A stretch of DNA of 64,000 nucleotides from Nitrospira sp. (GTDB taxonomy: Bacteria > Nitrospirota > Nitrospiria > Nitrospirales > Nitrospiraceae), in assembly GCA_040376625.1 (NCBI GenBank), contig JBEIQG010000001.1, positions 3,079 through 67,078 of the forward strand. The letters are read 5' to 3'. Below, piece by piece: positions 1 through 9,118 of this stretch. Every line of letters begins with the position of its first letter. Within the stretch, counting starts at the first letter, position 1. Below the pieces are notes generated by a model. The model saw nothing but the letters and a program-made list of their open reading frames with translations, ran no database searches and was not told the origin of the DNA. Position numbers and translations under genes: made by a program.

Positions 1-2
1 CC

Positions 3-1010
3 TTCAACGTGAATCTGAAGAGCCGCGACCTTTCGGTCGCCAGGGCCATCGCCAAGGCGGTGCGTCAGTCGAGCGGCGGGCTCCCGTTCATCAAAGCGAT
101 CGGCGTTGAGTTGAAAAGCCAACAACTCGTGCAGGTATCGATGAATTTAACGAACCCTGAAGAGACGCCGCTTCATGTGGTGTTTGCGGCGGTGCAGCGG
201 GAAGCGGCGGTGCGTGGCGTGGAGGTGGGCGGCACGGAGATCGTCGGCTTGGTTCCCGAACAGGCGCTTATGGAGACGGCGCAGCAGGCGTTGCGCTTGA
301 ACCAATTCGACGGACGACAAGTGCTTGAGTCCCGGCTGGACCGTCCCGAATCGCGCGAAGCGATCGGGCGGATGGCGGCGTCGCAGTCCGTGAAGGAGCA
401 ACCGCCGTCGCTCGCGAAGGCTTTGGTGCCGGACGCGAAGATACCGGAGTTTCAGGGGCAGACCGGCGGTAGCGTAGGGGCCCGGTCGGCGGCGTCTGCG
501 GCCGGGTTGGCGATGATGGTGGCGAAGCTGACTCGCGCACGTGCGGTTGAAACGCGTTTAACCGAAATTCGCACCCGCCTCCACGAATTGGAGCAAGCGG
601 ATCGAGATGCCTATGGTCTCGTGATTCAGGCGAGAAAGCTTCCGATCACCCATCCTGACCGTCCGCTCCAGCTCTCGTCGAACTTGCTTGGGGCCATAGA
701 AACGCCCTTGGAAATTCTGAAACTGTCGTGCGAACTCATCCCATTGCTTCGCGGCCTTCTGGCGAAAGTGAAACCGGAGCTTCAGCCGGATCTGAAGATG
801 GGTCTTCGTCTTGCCGATGCGGTCATTGATGGATGCCTCGCGATGATCGAGGAGAACATGAAAAGTCAACCAAATCAGCTGCTTATTGCATCGATTCGGG
901 AACGATTCTCCGTTGCGGAACAAATGCTTGTGGATGCGAAATCGCTATGCTACACTCCGCCCTTCGATTCCTGGGCCCAAAACATGTTGAATATCCTGAA
1001 ACTTCGGTGA
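3..1010 (+). CDS. ftcD: Glutamate formimidoyltransferase/cyclodeaminase-like (FTCD), 5'-truncated by the window edge
   Basis: FNVNL...ARAIAKAVRQSSGG...KAIG...VQVSMNLTN...TPLH...EIVGLVP is the formiminotransferase C-subdomain. It is followed by a helical cyclodeaminase-like part (GGS...LxxxDRDAY). Confidence 0.8.
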   Translation, partial: FNVNLKSRDLSVARAIAKAVRQSSGGLPFIKAIGVELKSQQLVQVSMNLTNPEETPLHVVFAAVQREAAVRGVEVGGTEIVGLVPEQALMETAQQALRLNQFDGRQVLESRLDRPESREAIGRMAASQSVKEQPPSLAKALVPDAKIPEFQGQTGGSVGARSAASAAGLAMMVAKLTRARAVETRLTEIRTRLHELEQADRDAYGLVIQARKLPITHPDRPLQLSSNLLGAIETPLEILKLSCELIPLLRGLLAKVKPELQPDLKMGLRLADAVIDGCLAMIEENMKSQPNQLLIASIRERFSVAEQMLVDAKSLCYTPPFDSWAQNMLNILKLR

Positions 1011-1033
1011 AAGAGAGTCGAAGGTAGCTGACG

Positions 1034-1228
1034 ATGGAAATTAAGGTTTTCAATAACAACGTCGAAAAAGCCCTGAAGGTCGCCAAGAAAAAATTGGCGG
1101 GCGAAGGATTGTTCCGCGAACTGAAGCGCCGCCGCTACTATGAAAAGCCTAGTGTACGTAAGAAGGCGAAGGAGCGAGAGGCTCAGCGCCGCCGGCAGAA
1201 GTGGCTTGCGAAGAGACGGCCCGAATAG
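1034..1228 (+). CDS. rpsU: 30S ribosomal protein S21
   Basis: EKALK...G..RELKRRRYYEKPS signature; 64 aa, basic. Confidence 0.97.
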   Translation: MEIKVFNNNVEKALKVAKKKLAGEGLFRELKRRRYYEKPSVRKKAKEREAQRRRQKWLAKRRPE

Positions 1229-1298
1229 ACGTCAGGCGTTTATCCCTCCGGTGACTAGTTCGACCACTCCTGGTTGAGTTCCACACTCCGGCAGATCC

Positions 1299-1958
1299 AT
1301 GCAGGCGCAAGAGATCCACGCCGCCATCCGAACGGTCAAGCGGGAAATCTCGCGCTGGCCGGATCCGGTTGTGGGCGTGGTCGCCAGGCAATCAGGCCGT
1401 GATCCATTCCTCGTACTCATTTCTTGCCTCCTCAGTCTACGGACCAAAGACAAGACCACAGCTGAAGCCAGCGAGCGACTGTTCGCCCTGGCGTCCACAC
1501 CGGCCACCATGCAGCCGCTGACCCTCTCGGTCATTGAGCGTGCCATTTATCCCGTCGGGTTCTATCGGACAAAAGCCAAACAGATTCGACAGATCTGCAC
1601 GCAACTCCTTGAGCGATATCACGGCCGGGTGCCGGACAAGATCGATGAATTGCTGACGTTGCCCGGAGTCGGGAGGAAGACGGCAAACCTGGTGGTGACG
1701 GTCGGGTATGAAAAACCAGGGATCTGCGTTGATATTCACGTCCACCGGATCAGCAATCGATGGGGGTATGTCAAGACCAAGCGTCCCGACGAAACGGAAA
1801 CGGCACTGCGTGAGAAACTTCCGAGAAAGTACTGGATCACATTCAACGACTTACTGGTACCCTACGGGCAGCACCTGTGCCAGCCGGTTTCGCCGTTGTG
1901 CAGCCAGTGCAAGATTGCGGCATATTGCGATCGTGTGGGCGTCACGAAAAGCCGGTAG
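1299..1958 (+). CDS. nth: Endonuclease III (HhH-GPD glycosylase, 4Fe-4S)
   Basis: LPGVGRKTA helix-hairpin-helix, VDIHVHRI, C-x6-C-x2-C-x5-C cluster motif. Confidence 0.95.
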   Translation: MQAQEIHAAIRTVKREISRWPDPVVGVVARQSGRDPFLVLISCLLSLRTKDKTTAEASERLFALASTPATMQPLTLSVIERAIYPVGFYRTKAKQIRQICTQLLERYHGRVPDKIDELLTLPGVGRKTANLVVTVGYEKPGICVDIHVHRISNRWGYVKTKRPDETETALREKLPRKYWITFNDLLVPYGQHLCQPVSPLCSQCKIAAYCDRVGVTKSR

Positions 1959-2023
1959 GCGTAAATCGCCGATACCCGCAAGGTCACCGGACCGTAGCGA
2001 AACACGAAGAGCGGGAGACGTGG

Positions 2024-2443
2024 TCAGATGAACAGTTTAGTTTCCGCTTGGGCGGTGAGCGAGAGAATGGAGGGGAGACCGAGCACTTCGTCCACGTTGC
2101 GTTCCACCGCGCCAGGTTCCACTCCCATATATTCGAGCCCCGCGCTGCAGGCGATCAGGCGAAACTGTCCCACGAGCCGGGCTTCGTGAAACATTTCTGA
2201 GATCTTCGGAACCTTTTTCTCTCTCAAGAGGCGGGTGACTTCATCAGCTGACTGCGCATACTCGGGAGGGAAATCGATCTGGTCGATCCGGCCCTCCGCC
2301 AGTTTCTTGATTGTCCAAAACAGCAGCACCACAATGACCTCCTTGCCCATGGCGGCGGCGGTGAGGCCCAGGGTTGCGACCTGGTGCAGCTTGTCGTAGG
2401 TGGCATTGTGGGCAAAAATGACGAACTTGGGTTTGTCGGCCAT
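2024..2443 (-). CDS. DsrE/DsrF/DrsH-like family protein
   Basis: AAAMGKEV..LLFW, LIACSAGLEYMGV with the conserved Cys, C-terminal KLFI. Confidence 0.75.
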   Translation of the reverse strand: MADKPKFVIFAHNATYDKLHQVATLGLTAAAMGKEVIVVLLFWTIKKLAEGRIDQIDFPPEYAQSADEVTRLLREKKVPKISEMFHEARLVGQFRLIACSAGLEYMGVEPGAVERNVDEVLGLPSILSLTAQAETKLFI

Positions 2444-2448
2444 GGCGG

Positions 2449-2844
2449 CTACTTAACCTTCTCTCTGGTTTTGACGCTATTTACAAAATCGGTGATGGCC
2501 GCATCCACTTCGGCAGGGGTCATGGCGCGATCGTGCATTTCGCTCTCGTCAAGGAGATACCGATCCCCTTCTTTTTCCTGCCGCACTACCACGGAATTTT
2601 CCGGTGTCACTTCCACCCGCATGAACCATTCTTTCTTGCCCTTGGTAATCACCACTTCTTTGCCGAGCCCAATCCGGGTGATGTCGATCTGCAGTTCCGA
2701 CTCAGGGGAACCATCGGCTGCCCACGCCATTCGGCTGGTGAGCGCAACGGGGCACAACGAGAGGGAGAATCCGAGAACGGCCAGGCCAAAGGCCTGAAGG
2801 CAGACTCGCATGAGTCGGGCGCGGCGGGAACGTATCGGCAACAT
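2449..2844 (-). CDS. Hypothetical exported protein (start may be 2811)
   Basis: Hydrophobic signal peptide ending AWA-A; ends 5 bp before the DsrE-like gene. Confidence 0.65.
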   Translation of the reverse strand: MLPIRSRRARLMRVCLQAFGLAVLGFSLSLCPVALTSRMAWAADGSPESELQIDITRIGLGKEVVITKGKKEWFMRVEVTPENSVVVRQEKEGDRYLLDESEMHDRAMTPAEVDAAITDFVNSVKTREKVK

Positions 2845-2940
2845 GGTGCGGAATTATAACTGGCGGAGCGGGGAACGTAAACCAGCTTCGTCCTGACGCC
2901 CTTCCCGCCATACAAAGCCCCATGCTAGGATGCGCCGGTA

Positions 2941-3372
2941 ATGAGCGAACTCCTAACGCAGATTGAATCCTATGTGCCGGCGACTGTATTGATCTGGTTT
3001 GCGGTCTCCTCCGTGTTCATGTTCGTGGGGACCCTGATCGCGATTCCGATTATCTTGATGCGATTGCCAGCGGACTATTTCGATACCCGTATTCCGCGTC
3101 CCTGGATGGAAAACCACCACCCGGTTCTTCGGCTGCTCGGACACATTGTGAAAAATGTCATCGGGGCCATTTTCCTCTTCGCGGGGTTTCTCATGCTGTT
3201 TCTGCCGGGGCAGGGCGTGCTGACGATGTTGATCGGCCTGTCCTTGATCGAGTTTCCCGGCAAGCGCCGGGTGGAGGCCAAGATCGTGGGGCAGTCCACC
3301 GTCCTCAGCACGATCAACGCCATGCGGGCCAAGTTCGGCAAACCGCCGCTCATCATTGCACCGGATAACTAG
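2941..3372 (+). CDS. PGPGW-like membrane protein
   Basis: Hydrophobic segments; GxxMLFLPGQGVLTMLIGL resembles the PGPGW motif. Confidence 0.7.
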   Translation: MSELLTQIESYVPATVLIWFAVSSVFMFVGTLIAIPIILMRLPADYFDTRIPRPWMENHHPVLRLLGHIVKNVIGAIFLFAGFLMLFLPGQGVLTMLIGLSLIEFPGKRRVEAKIVGQSTVLSTINAMRAKFGKPPLIIAPDN

Positions 3373-3510
3373 CATTCAGCTATCGGGCTCCCCGCGCACA
3401 GAATCTTGAGGCTGAAGCAGGAGAAAGATCCGACGCAAGCGTCATCGCATTCCCTTCCTGTGGATTGCGGATATCTGACGGCTGATCACTGAAACCTGAG
3501 GCCTGTTCAA

Positions 3511-6156
3511 GTGCCGACACTCTATCTCATCGACGGCAGCGCATACATCTATCGGGCGTTTTTCGCCCTTCCGCCTCTCTCCAATTCCAAAGGCCTGCAA
3601 ACGAACGCCGTCTATGGGTTCACGACGATGTTGCTGAAGATCCTGCGGGACCATCGGCCGGACTATGTGGCCGTGGTATTCGACGAGAAGGGACCGACCC
3701 ATCGCCACGAGGCGTTCAAAGACTATAAGGCGCAACGGCCCCCCATGCCCCAGGGCATGAGTGCGCAGATTCCCTACATTCATCGCGTGGTGGAGGCCCT
3801 GTCTCTACCGGTCATCAGACAAGCGGGGTACGAGGCAGACGATTTGATCGGCACCCTGGCGAAAAAAGGCGAATCCGAAGGCCTCGACGTCGTGATCGCC
3901 ACCAGCGACAAAGACATGTTCCAACTGCTTACCCCGAAGACGCGTATTTATGATCCGGTGAAGGATAAGTGGTTCGGTGAAGCGGATTCGCAGGTGCGGT
4001 TCGGGGTGGAGCCGGCGCGTGTGGTCGAAATTATGGGGCTCATGGGTGATGCCAGCGATAACATACCCGGCGTGAAAGGCATCGGCGAAAAAACCGCAGT
4101 GAAATTGATTACGCAGTTCGGCACCATCGAAGAACTTCTAAATCGAATCGAAGAAGTTACGCCGGCGAAAACGAAGAAGCTATTATTGGAGCAGGGCGAG
4201 CAAGCGCGGATGAGCAAGCAGCTCGCGACGATTCAGCTGGACTGTCCGCTCGAATTTGTCCCGGCTCACTTCCAGGCGAAGGCGCCGCAGACCGAGAACC
4301 TGGTGAGCCTGTTGCGCGAATTGGAGTTCATGACGCTGGCCAAGACCTTTCAAGGAGACACTCCCGAGCAGAATCGGCTGGGGGACGAGATCCAAGAAAT
4401 TCACGATGATGCCGCGGCGAACGCATTTTTGAAGGGGCAACCGGCTGATGCGATGTTGGGCCTGACTTGTGTCCTGATCGGAGAGCCGGGGGTGCGCGCC
4501 GATATTCAAGTCTGCGCGTTGGGTCGGTCCGATGGGAACGCGGCTTTCGTGCAGGGCGAGGCGCGTGACTGGCCACGCCCACTCGTTGCGTGTCTGCGCG
4601 ATGGGCACAAGCTGAAAGCCGTTCAAGATCTCAAGCCGCTGCTGCTGGCGCTCCACCGTCAGGGTATCGAGATGCCGGGGCCCTACTTCGATACGATGGT
4701 GGCGGACTATCTGCTGAACCCGAATCGCCGGTCCCATACCTTGGAAGCGATTGCCATGGATCTGCTGAGTTACCAGCTGGGTGCGGGTGAACAGGAAGAT
4801 TCAGGCAAGGGGCCGCAATCCCTGTTCGATGTCGATGAGGCGCTGGTTCGTGGAACCGGCGAGGCGGCAGCCGTGACAGCCAAGGTGGCGCCGATGCTTC
4901 GCGAGCGGTTGAAAGAGCAGGGAAGCTTGTCACTCTTTCAAGATGTGGAGATGCCGCTGGTGCCGGTCCTGGCCGACATCGAGCGGAATGGCTTCCTGCT
5001 CGACGTTGCAGGCCTGCAGGCTCTGAGCAAGAAGTTGGAGCGTGAGCTGGAGCAGATGGTGGGTAACATTTATCGTCTGGCCGGCGGCGAGTTCAACATC
5101 GGCTCGCCCAAGCAGCTGGCGACCGTGCTCTTCGAAACGCTCGGCCTGAAGCCGCTGCGAAAAACGAAAACCGGCTATTCCACGGATGAAGACACCCTCA
5201 CGCAACTAGCCGGCCAGCATGAGCTGCCGGCACAGATCCTCAACTACCGGACCCTGACCAAGCTCAAATCGACCTATGTCGATGCCCTGCCGCAGTTGGT
5301 GAATCCCGAAACCAAACGCCTTCACACCTCACTGAATCAGACCGTGGCGGCGACGGGACGACTGTCCTCGACCGATCCGAACCTGCAGAACATTCCGGTG
5401 AAGGGTGACTATGGATTGCGCATCCGCGAAGCTTTCATCGCTCCGCCGGGACATCAATTGCTCTGTGCTGACTATAGTCAGGTCGAGCCGCGCATTCTGG
5501 CGCACCTCTCGCAAGACCCTCGCCTGTTGCAGGTCTTCGAGAAGGGGGAAGATATTCACATGGCGACGGCCATGGAGATTTTTAACCTGCCGGCTGGCGA
5601 GGTCACCCGGGAGATGCGGCGTGCGGCGAAGAGCGTGGTGTTCGGAATTGTGTATGGCATCAGCCCGTTCGGTCTTGCGTCGAATATCGGGGTCTCCCAA
5701 GCCGATGCTAAGAAATATATCGAAACGTTCTTTGAAAAGTTCGCTGCGGTGAGGGCGTTGATGGACCGCAACATCAGCGACGGGAAGACCAAGGGATATA
5801 CGACAACAATCATGGGTCGTCGGCGCCCGATCCCGGAGTTGCAGAGCGGCGATCCCTCGCAGCGCGGCGTCGGTGAGCGCATGGCGGTGAATAGCCCGAT
5901 TCAAGGATCGGCCGCCGATCTGATCAAGGTCGCGATGATCGACGTTCATCAGCGATTGCAGGTTGAACTGCCGACTACCAGAATGATTTTGCAGGTGCAT
6001 GACGAATTGATCTTCGAAACGCCGGAGGCTGACCTTGAGCGGGCCAAGCAGCTGGTCAAGCAAGTCATGGAGGCCACCGGTACCAAGCTTGGTCTGTCGG
6101 TGCCGCTGAAGATCGATCTGGGAGTCGGTCGGAACTGGCGAGCGGCCCACCCGTAA
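3511..6156 (+). CDS. polA: DNA polymerase I
   Basis: LIDGS..YRAF 5'-nuclease domain; TGRLSS.PNLQNIP, DYSQVE.R, QVHDEL polymerase motifs. Confidence 0.99.
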   Translation: MPTLYLIDGSAYIYRAFFALPPLSNSKGLQTNAVYGFTTMLLKILRDHRPDYVAVVFDEKGPTHRHEAFKDYKAQRPPMPQGMSAQIPYIHRVVEALSLPVIRQAGYEADDLIGTLAKKGESEGLDVVIATSDKDMFQLLTPKTRIYDPVKDKWFGEADSQVRFGVEPARVVEIMGLMGDASDNIPGVKGIGEKTAVKLITQFGTIEELLNRIEEVTPAKTKKLLLEQGEQARMSKQLATIQLDCPLEFVPAHFQAKAPQTENLVSLLRELEFMTLAKTFQGDTPEQNRLGDEIQEIHDDAAANAFLKGQPADAMLGLTCVLIGEPGVRADIQVCALGRSDGNAAFVQGEARDWPRPLVACLRDGHKLKAVQDLKPLLLALHRQGIEMPGPYFDTMVADYLLNPNRRSHTLEAIAMDLLSYQLGAGEQEDSGKGPQSLFDVDEALVRGTGEAAAVTAKVAPMLRERLKEQGSLSLFQDVEMPLVPVLADIERNGFLLDVAGLQALSKKLERELEQMVGNIYRLAGGEFNIGSPKQLATVLFETLGLKPLRKTKTGYSTDEDTLTQLAGQHELPAQILNYRTLTKLKSTYVDALPQLVNPETKRLHTSLNQTVAATGRLSSTDPNLQNIPVKGDYGLRIREAFIAPPGHQLLCADYSQVEPRILAHLSQDPRLLQVFEKGEDIHMATAMEIFNLPAGEVTREMRRAAKSVVFGIVYGISPFGLASNIGVSQADAKKYIETFFEKFAAVRALMDRNISDGKTKGYTTTIMGRRRPIPELQSGDPSQRGVGERMAVNSPIQGSAADLIKVAMIDVHQRLQVELPTTRMILQVHDELIFETPEADLERAKQLVKQVMEATGTKLGLSVPLKIDLGVGRNWRAAHP

Positions 6157-6193
6157 AGCGGGAGTCGAGTGGGGAGTTCCAGAGCGCATCATT

Positions 6194-6580
6194 ATGGGAC
6201 GGAGGCGAGCATCGCTGTCAGTCACTGAGCCTGAGTTTCAGACCTTAGTGCAGGAAGCGCTGGACGGCCTGCCCGACGAGTACGCCAAACTCATCACCAA
6301 CGTCGCCGTGGTGGTGGAAGAAGAACCCTCTCCTGAAGTGCGCGCCGACCTGGAGATGGAGGAAGACGAAGATCTCCTCGGTCTCTATCAAGGTCTTTCT
6401 CTCGACAAAGAATCATTCTTCCAGGCAGGCGGACAACTGCCGGCCAGAATTTCCATCTACCGCGGGCCAATCCTTCGACTCTGCCGCACCAAGAGTGAAG
6501 TCGTGCAGGAAGTGCGCGATACCGTCGTGCACGAGATCGGGCATCATTTCGGGTTCGACGACGACGAGATGCCGTATTAG
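6194..6580 (+). CDS. Zincin-like metallopeptidase (DUF1025-like)
   Basis: LLGLYQG, P.RISIYRGP, VVHEIGHHFG (HExxH). Confidence 0.88.
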   Translation: MGRRRASLSVTEPEFQTLVQEALDGLPDEYAKLITNVAVVVEEEPSPEVRADLEMEEDEDLLGLYQGLSLDKESFFQAGGQLPARISIYRGPILRLCRTKSEVVQEVRDTVVHEIGHHFGFDDDEMPY

Positions 6581-6828
6581 CAGGATGGTGGAAAGGGCGT
6601 GAATCTTACCCGCCCGACCCCAGCGCACCAAGATGCGCTTCTCCGCGGCGACGCTCTCGGTCGCACTACTCCCTGCGAGGTACCCACATGTACGTCTCAG
6701 TCGTCGCGATTCCTACGGCTTTGATGGACAGCCTTTTTGACCATCCTGTAGCGTGTATTGACGCGGGACGGCACGTGTAGCCCAGCCTGCGCCATGATGC
6801 AAAAAGTGAGTTTTCCGCAACCTGTTAG
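6578..6828. mobile_element. Putative non-autonomous MITE-like intergenic repeat
   Basis: Left end CAGGATGGTGGAAAGG (6581) is an imperfect inverted repeat of CCTTTTTGACCATCCTG (ends 6748), with TAG on both outer sides. A second right-end-like motif TTTTCCGCAACCTGTTAG lies at 6811-6828. No transposase. Confidence 0.55.
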
Positions 6829-6877
6829 GTCGCCCCGCGTCAGTTGAAGTCGGTGATGAGGTCGGAGAAGGTTCGGA

Positions 6878-7076
6878 CTAGGATTGGCTCTGCTGCCATG
6901 CCTGTTCTTTGGCCAGTCGGATTTCGTGCATGACCTGCGCGATTCCCTTGCCCGGTCCACCCCGTTGCTCGTTGACGGCTCGGCGCAAGGCCAGCCCCAA
7001 CTCCGTCAGCTCAATCGTGCGGCGCAAATTGTCTGCAATACGTAGGTTGTCTGGGGGTGGGGGACGATGGTGACAT
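6878..7076 (-). pseudogene. Small hypothetical gene, apparently frameshifted (or a sequencing indel)
   Basis: GGAG-8nt-ATG at 7076 opens only 21 codons. Removing one base in the C5-A-C5 run joins it to a helical frame (LRRTIELTELGLALRRAV...) ending at 6878. Confidence 0.35.
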
Positions 7077-7238
7077 AACCCGGGCTCCGAGGAAGCGCGG
7101 ATGCCGGAGAAGAGCCTCCTCGACGATCCGGTCTGGAGCAGGCAGGAAGGAGCGCCCTGCCCCTGTTCTCTCTCGTAGAAGGAGTGTCGTGAACATTGAT
7201 GAGAGATCACCAGACCCTGACGGGGGCAGCGCTCAGGA

Positions 7239-8492
7239 TTACGTATACAGCCGGCTGACGATCTGATTGAAGTTGAAAAGCATCGCGTTCGTGCGAGTGT
7301 AGGCGGCGTGGCCGTAGTAATGGTCGCGGACGTTGGTCGAACTCGTGCAGTCTTTGTAATCGACCAGCAGGCACTGGCCTTCGCTCGGGAAGCGTCCGGC
7401 GCGTCTGGCGCATTCCACCCAGCGTTCGAATCCATCGTAGGGTTCCAGCAATTCCCACACAGCCTTATTGGCGGTTTTGGCATTCTCTGCGGGCAAGGCA
7501 TCGCTTCCGGCCACGGCCAGTTCCTGCACGTAGTCGCCGCCCCAGGCGATCGGCATTTCGACGGTGATCTGCGGCAGGTCCATTTTGGAGAGCCAGGTTT
7601 TTCCATCGGTACGCAGATTGCGATGGTTCACGACGTGGAGCAGTCTGCCGATACCTGAAGGATCCCAACCGTATCGCACCGGGGTGCCGAATGTGACGAT
7701 ATCGAGGGCCACGCCGTTGAGCAAGGTGCCATTGGTCAATAACGGGTCGATGCGTTGAATGGCCTGCGCATCCGGAGCTTGTGGATTCGCGGCGAGCAGC
7801 AGATCGAAGAGCGACTTCCGCCCTGTGATCGGCGAAGGGCAGAGGAGATTGGAGGCCAGCGCAAGGACGAGTCCGGCTTGGCCATGGGCTTGAACCAGGA
7901 TGCGGTCGCCGGGGCCCAAATGCTGTTCGCCGACGAGCACGCGCAGGCGGTCCAACAGTCGGCAGGCTGCCAGGGCGCGGCCAAGGTGATGGTGTTCGCT
8001 GGACCAGAGTTCCCGGATACAGGTAATGGGTTTGGCAAGTTTCTGATTCAGGGCTTTCCGGCATTGTTCGACCGTGGTGGCCGTAAAGTTTCCTGCGTCG
8101 CCGATCTGACTGTCGAGCAGGGTCTTCGTAGCGTCATCGTTGGCCAGCGGCGGCTTCATGCCGCCCGGCAGCGGGGTGATGCCGTTCGTGCCTTCCCGCA
8201 TGAACGAGAGGAGCGAATCCAGGCCGGAGATGCCTCGTGAATAGCCGCGCTTGAGCCCGCCGACTTCATCGAGCCGTCCTAAGCCGAAGACGTCGGTGCC
8301 GGGTATGGCGCCATGTAGAAACATGATCAACCGCACACCGGCTTGTGACAACTTTTGGCCGAGCTGGCTCATCGCGTCTTGCCAGGCCGGGGAGTCGGCG
8401 TCGGGCGGCGGGGTCCAGTCGGCGTAGGTCAGCCGGTCGCCAGGATTTTTGCGGGACAGTTCGTCGTGCTGAAAATTGTTCTCGATCGGCAT
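7239..8492 (-). CDS. Hypothetical alpha/beta-hydrolase-fold-like protein
   Basis: IMFLHG, ILVQAHGQAG at the nucleophile-elbow position, DIVTFGTP, C-terminal GHAAY. Confidence 0.65.
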   Translation of the reverse strand: MPIENNFQHDELSRKNPGDRLTYADWTPPPDADSPAWQDAMSQLGQKLSQAGVRLIMFLHGAIPGTDVFGLGRLDEVGGLKRGYSRGISGLDSLLSFMREGTNGITPLPGGMKPPLANDDATKTLLDSQIGDAGNFTATTVEQCRKALNQKLAKPITCIRELWSSEHHHLGRALAACRLLDRLRVLVGEQHLGPGDRILVQAHGQAGLVLALASNLLCPSPITGRKSLFDLLLAANPQAPDAQAIQRIDPLLTNGTLLNGVALDIVTFGTPVRYGWDPSGIGRLLHVVNHRNLRTDGKTWLSKMDLPQITVEMPIAWGGDYVQELAVAGSDALPAENAKTANKAVWELLEPYDGFERWVECARRAGRFPSEGQCLLVDYKDCTSSTNVRDHYYGHAAYTRTNAMLFNFNQIVSRLYT

Positions 8493-8560
8493 GGGAAGAT
8501 TGTCTTACCCGAAACGGAGCGCGAAGTTCAATGGAGGAGCTGTGGATTTGATCAGGTGGT

Positions 8561-9118
8561 TCAGCGATGCGCTGCCGACTCGCGGCCGTTCGATTCCGAG
8601 GACGCGGGTGCGGACAGGCGGGGTCTGGCCATGACGGCTGTTGCGGAACAGGTCTTGGCTTCTTCATCGGTGTGGCGTTCGACGATACGGACGCCCTGCA
8701 AATATTCCTGAACGATTTCCTCCCGCACGACCTCGATGTCCTGCTCGGCCTCACGACCGGTGCGTTCACGCAGGCGGTCGATGGCATGTTCCTTTACCAG
8801 CACGCGGATTTGTTTGGCTATGTCGGCCCGGGCTGCGAGTTCGGAGACTCTCTGGCAAACGAGTTTGCCTTTGCTGAGGTCGCCCTGTCCCTGGCCGGTC
8901 AGCACCTCCTCGGAACTGGATATCGCTTGCGCAGGTTCTGTCTTGGCTGTGCTGGTCGGCGATTCCGCCCGTCCTTGTGTCTGGAGATGTCGGAAGGTCT
9001 GGTCTGCGTGATCGCGCACGGCCGGTGGCGTCAGGTCTGCAGCCGGTGCGGGCGATGTGATCAGCAGCGCGTAGAGAGGCCACCATCCTGCTCGAACGGG
9101 TCCAGTCGTCAGCGACAT
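8561..9118 (-). CDS. Exported LPP20-like domain protein
   Basis: ATG overlaps the upstream stop (TAATG); signal peptide; SELAARADIAKQIRV motif. Confidence 0.6.
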   Translation of the reverse strand: MSLTTGPVRAGWWPLYALLITSPAPAADLTPPAVRDHADQTFRHLQTQGRAESPTSTAKTEPAQAISSSEEVLTGQGQGDLSKGKLVCQRVSELAARADIAKQIRVLVKEHAIDRLRERTGREAEQDIEVVREEIVQEYLQGVRIVERHTDEEAKTCSATAVMARPRLSAPASSESNGRESAAHR

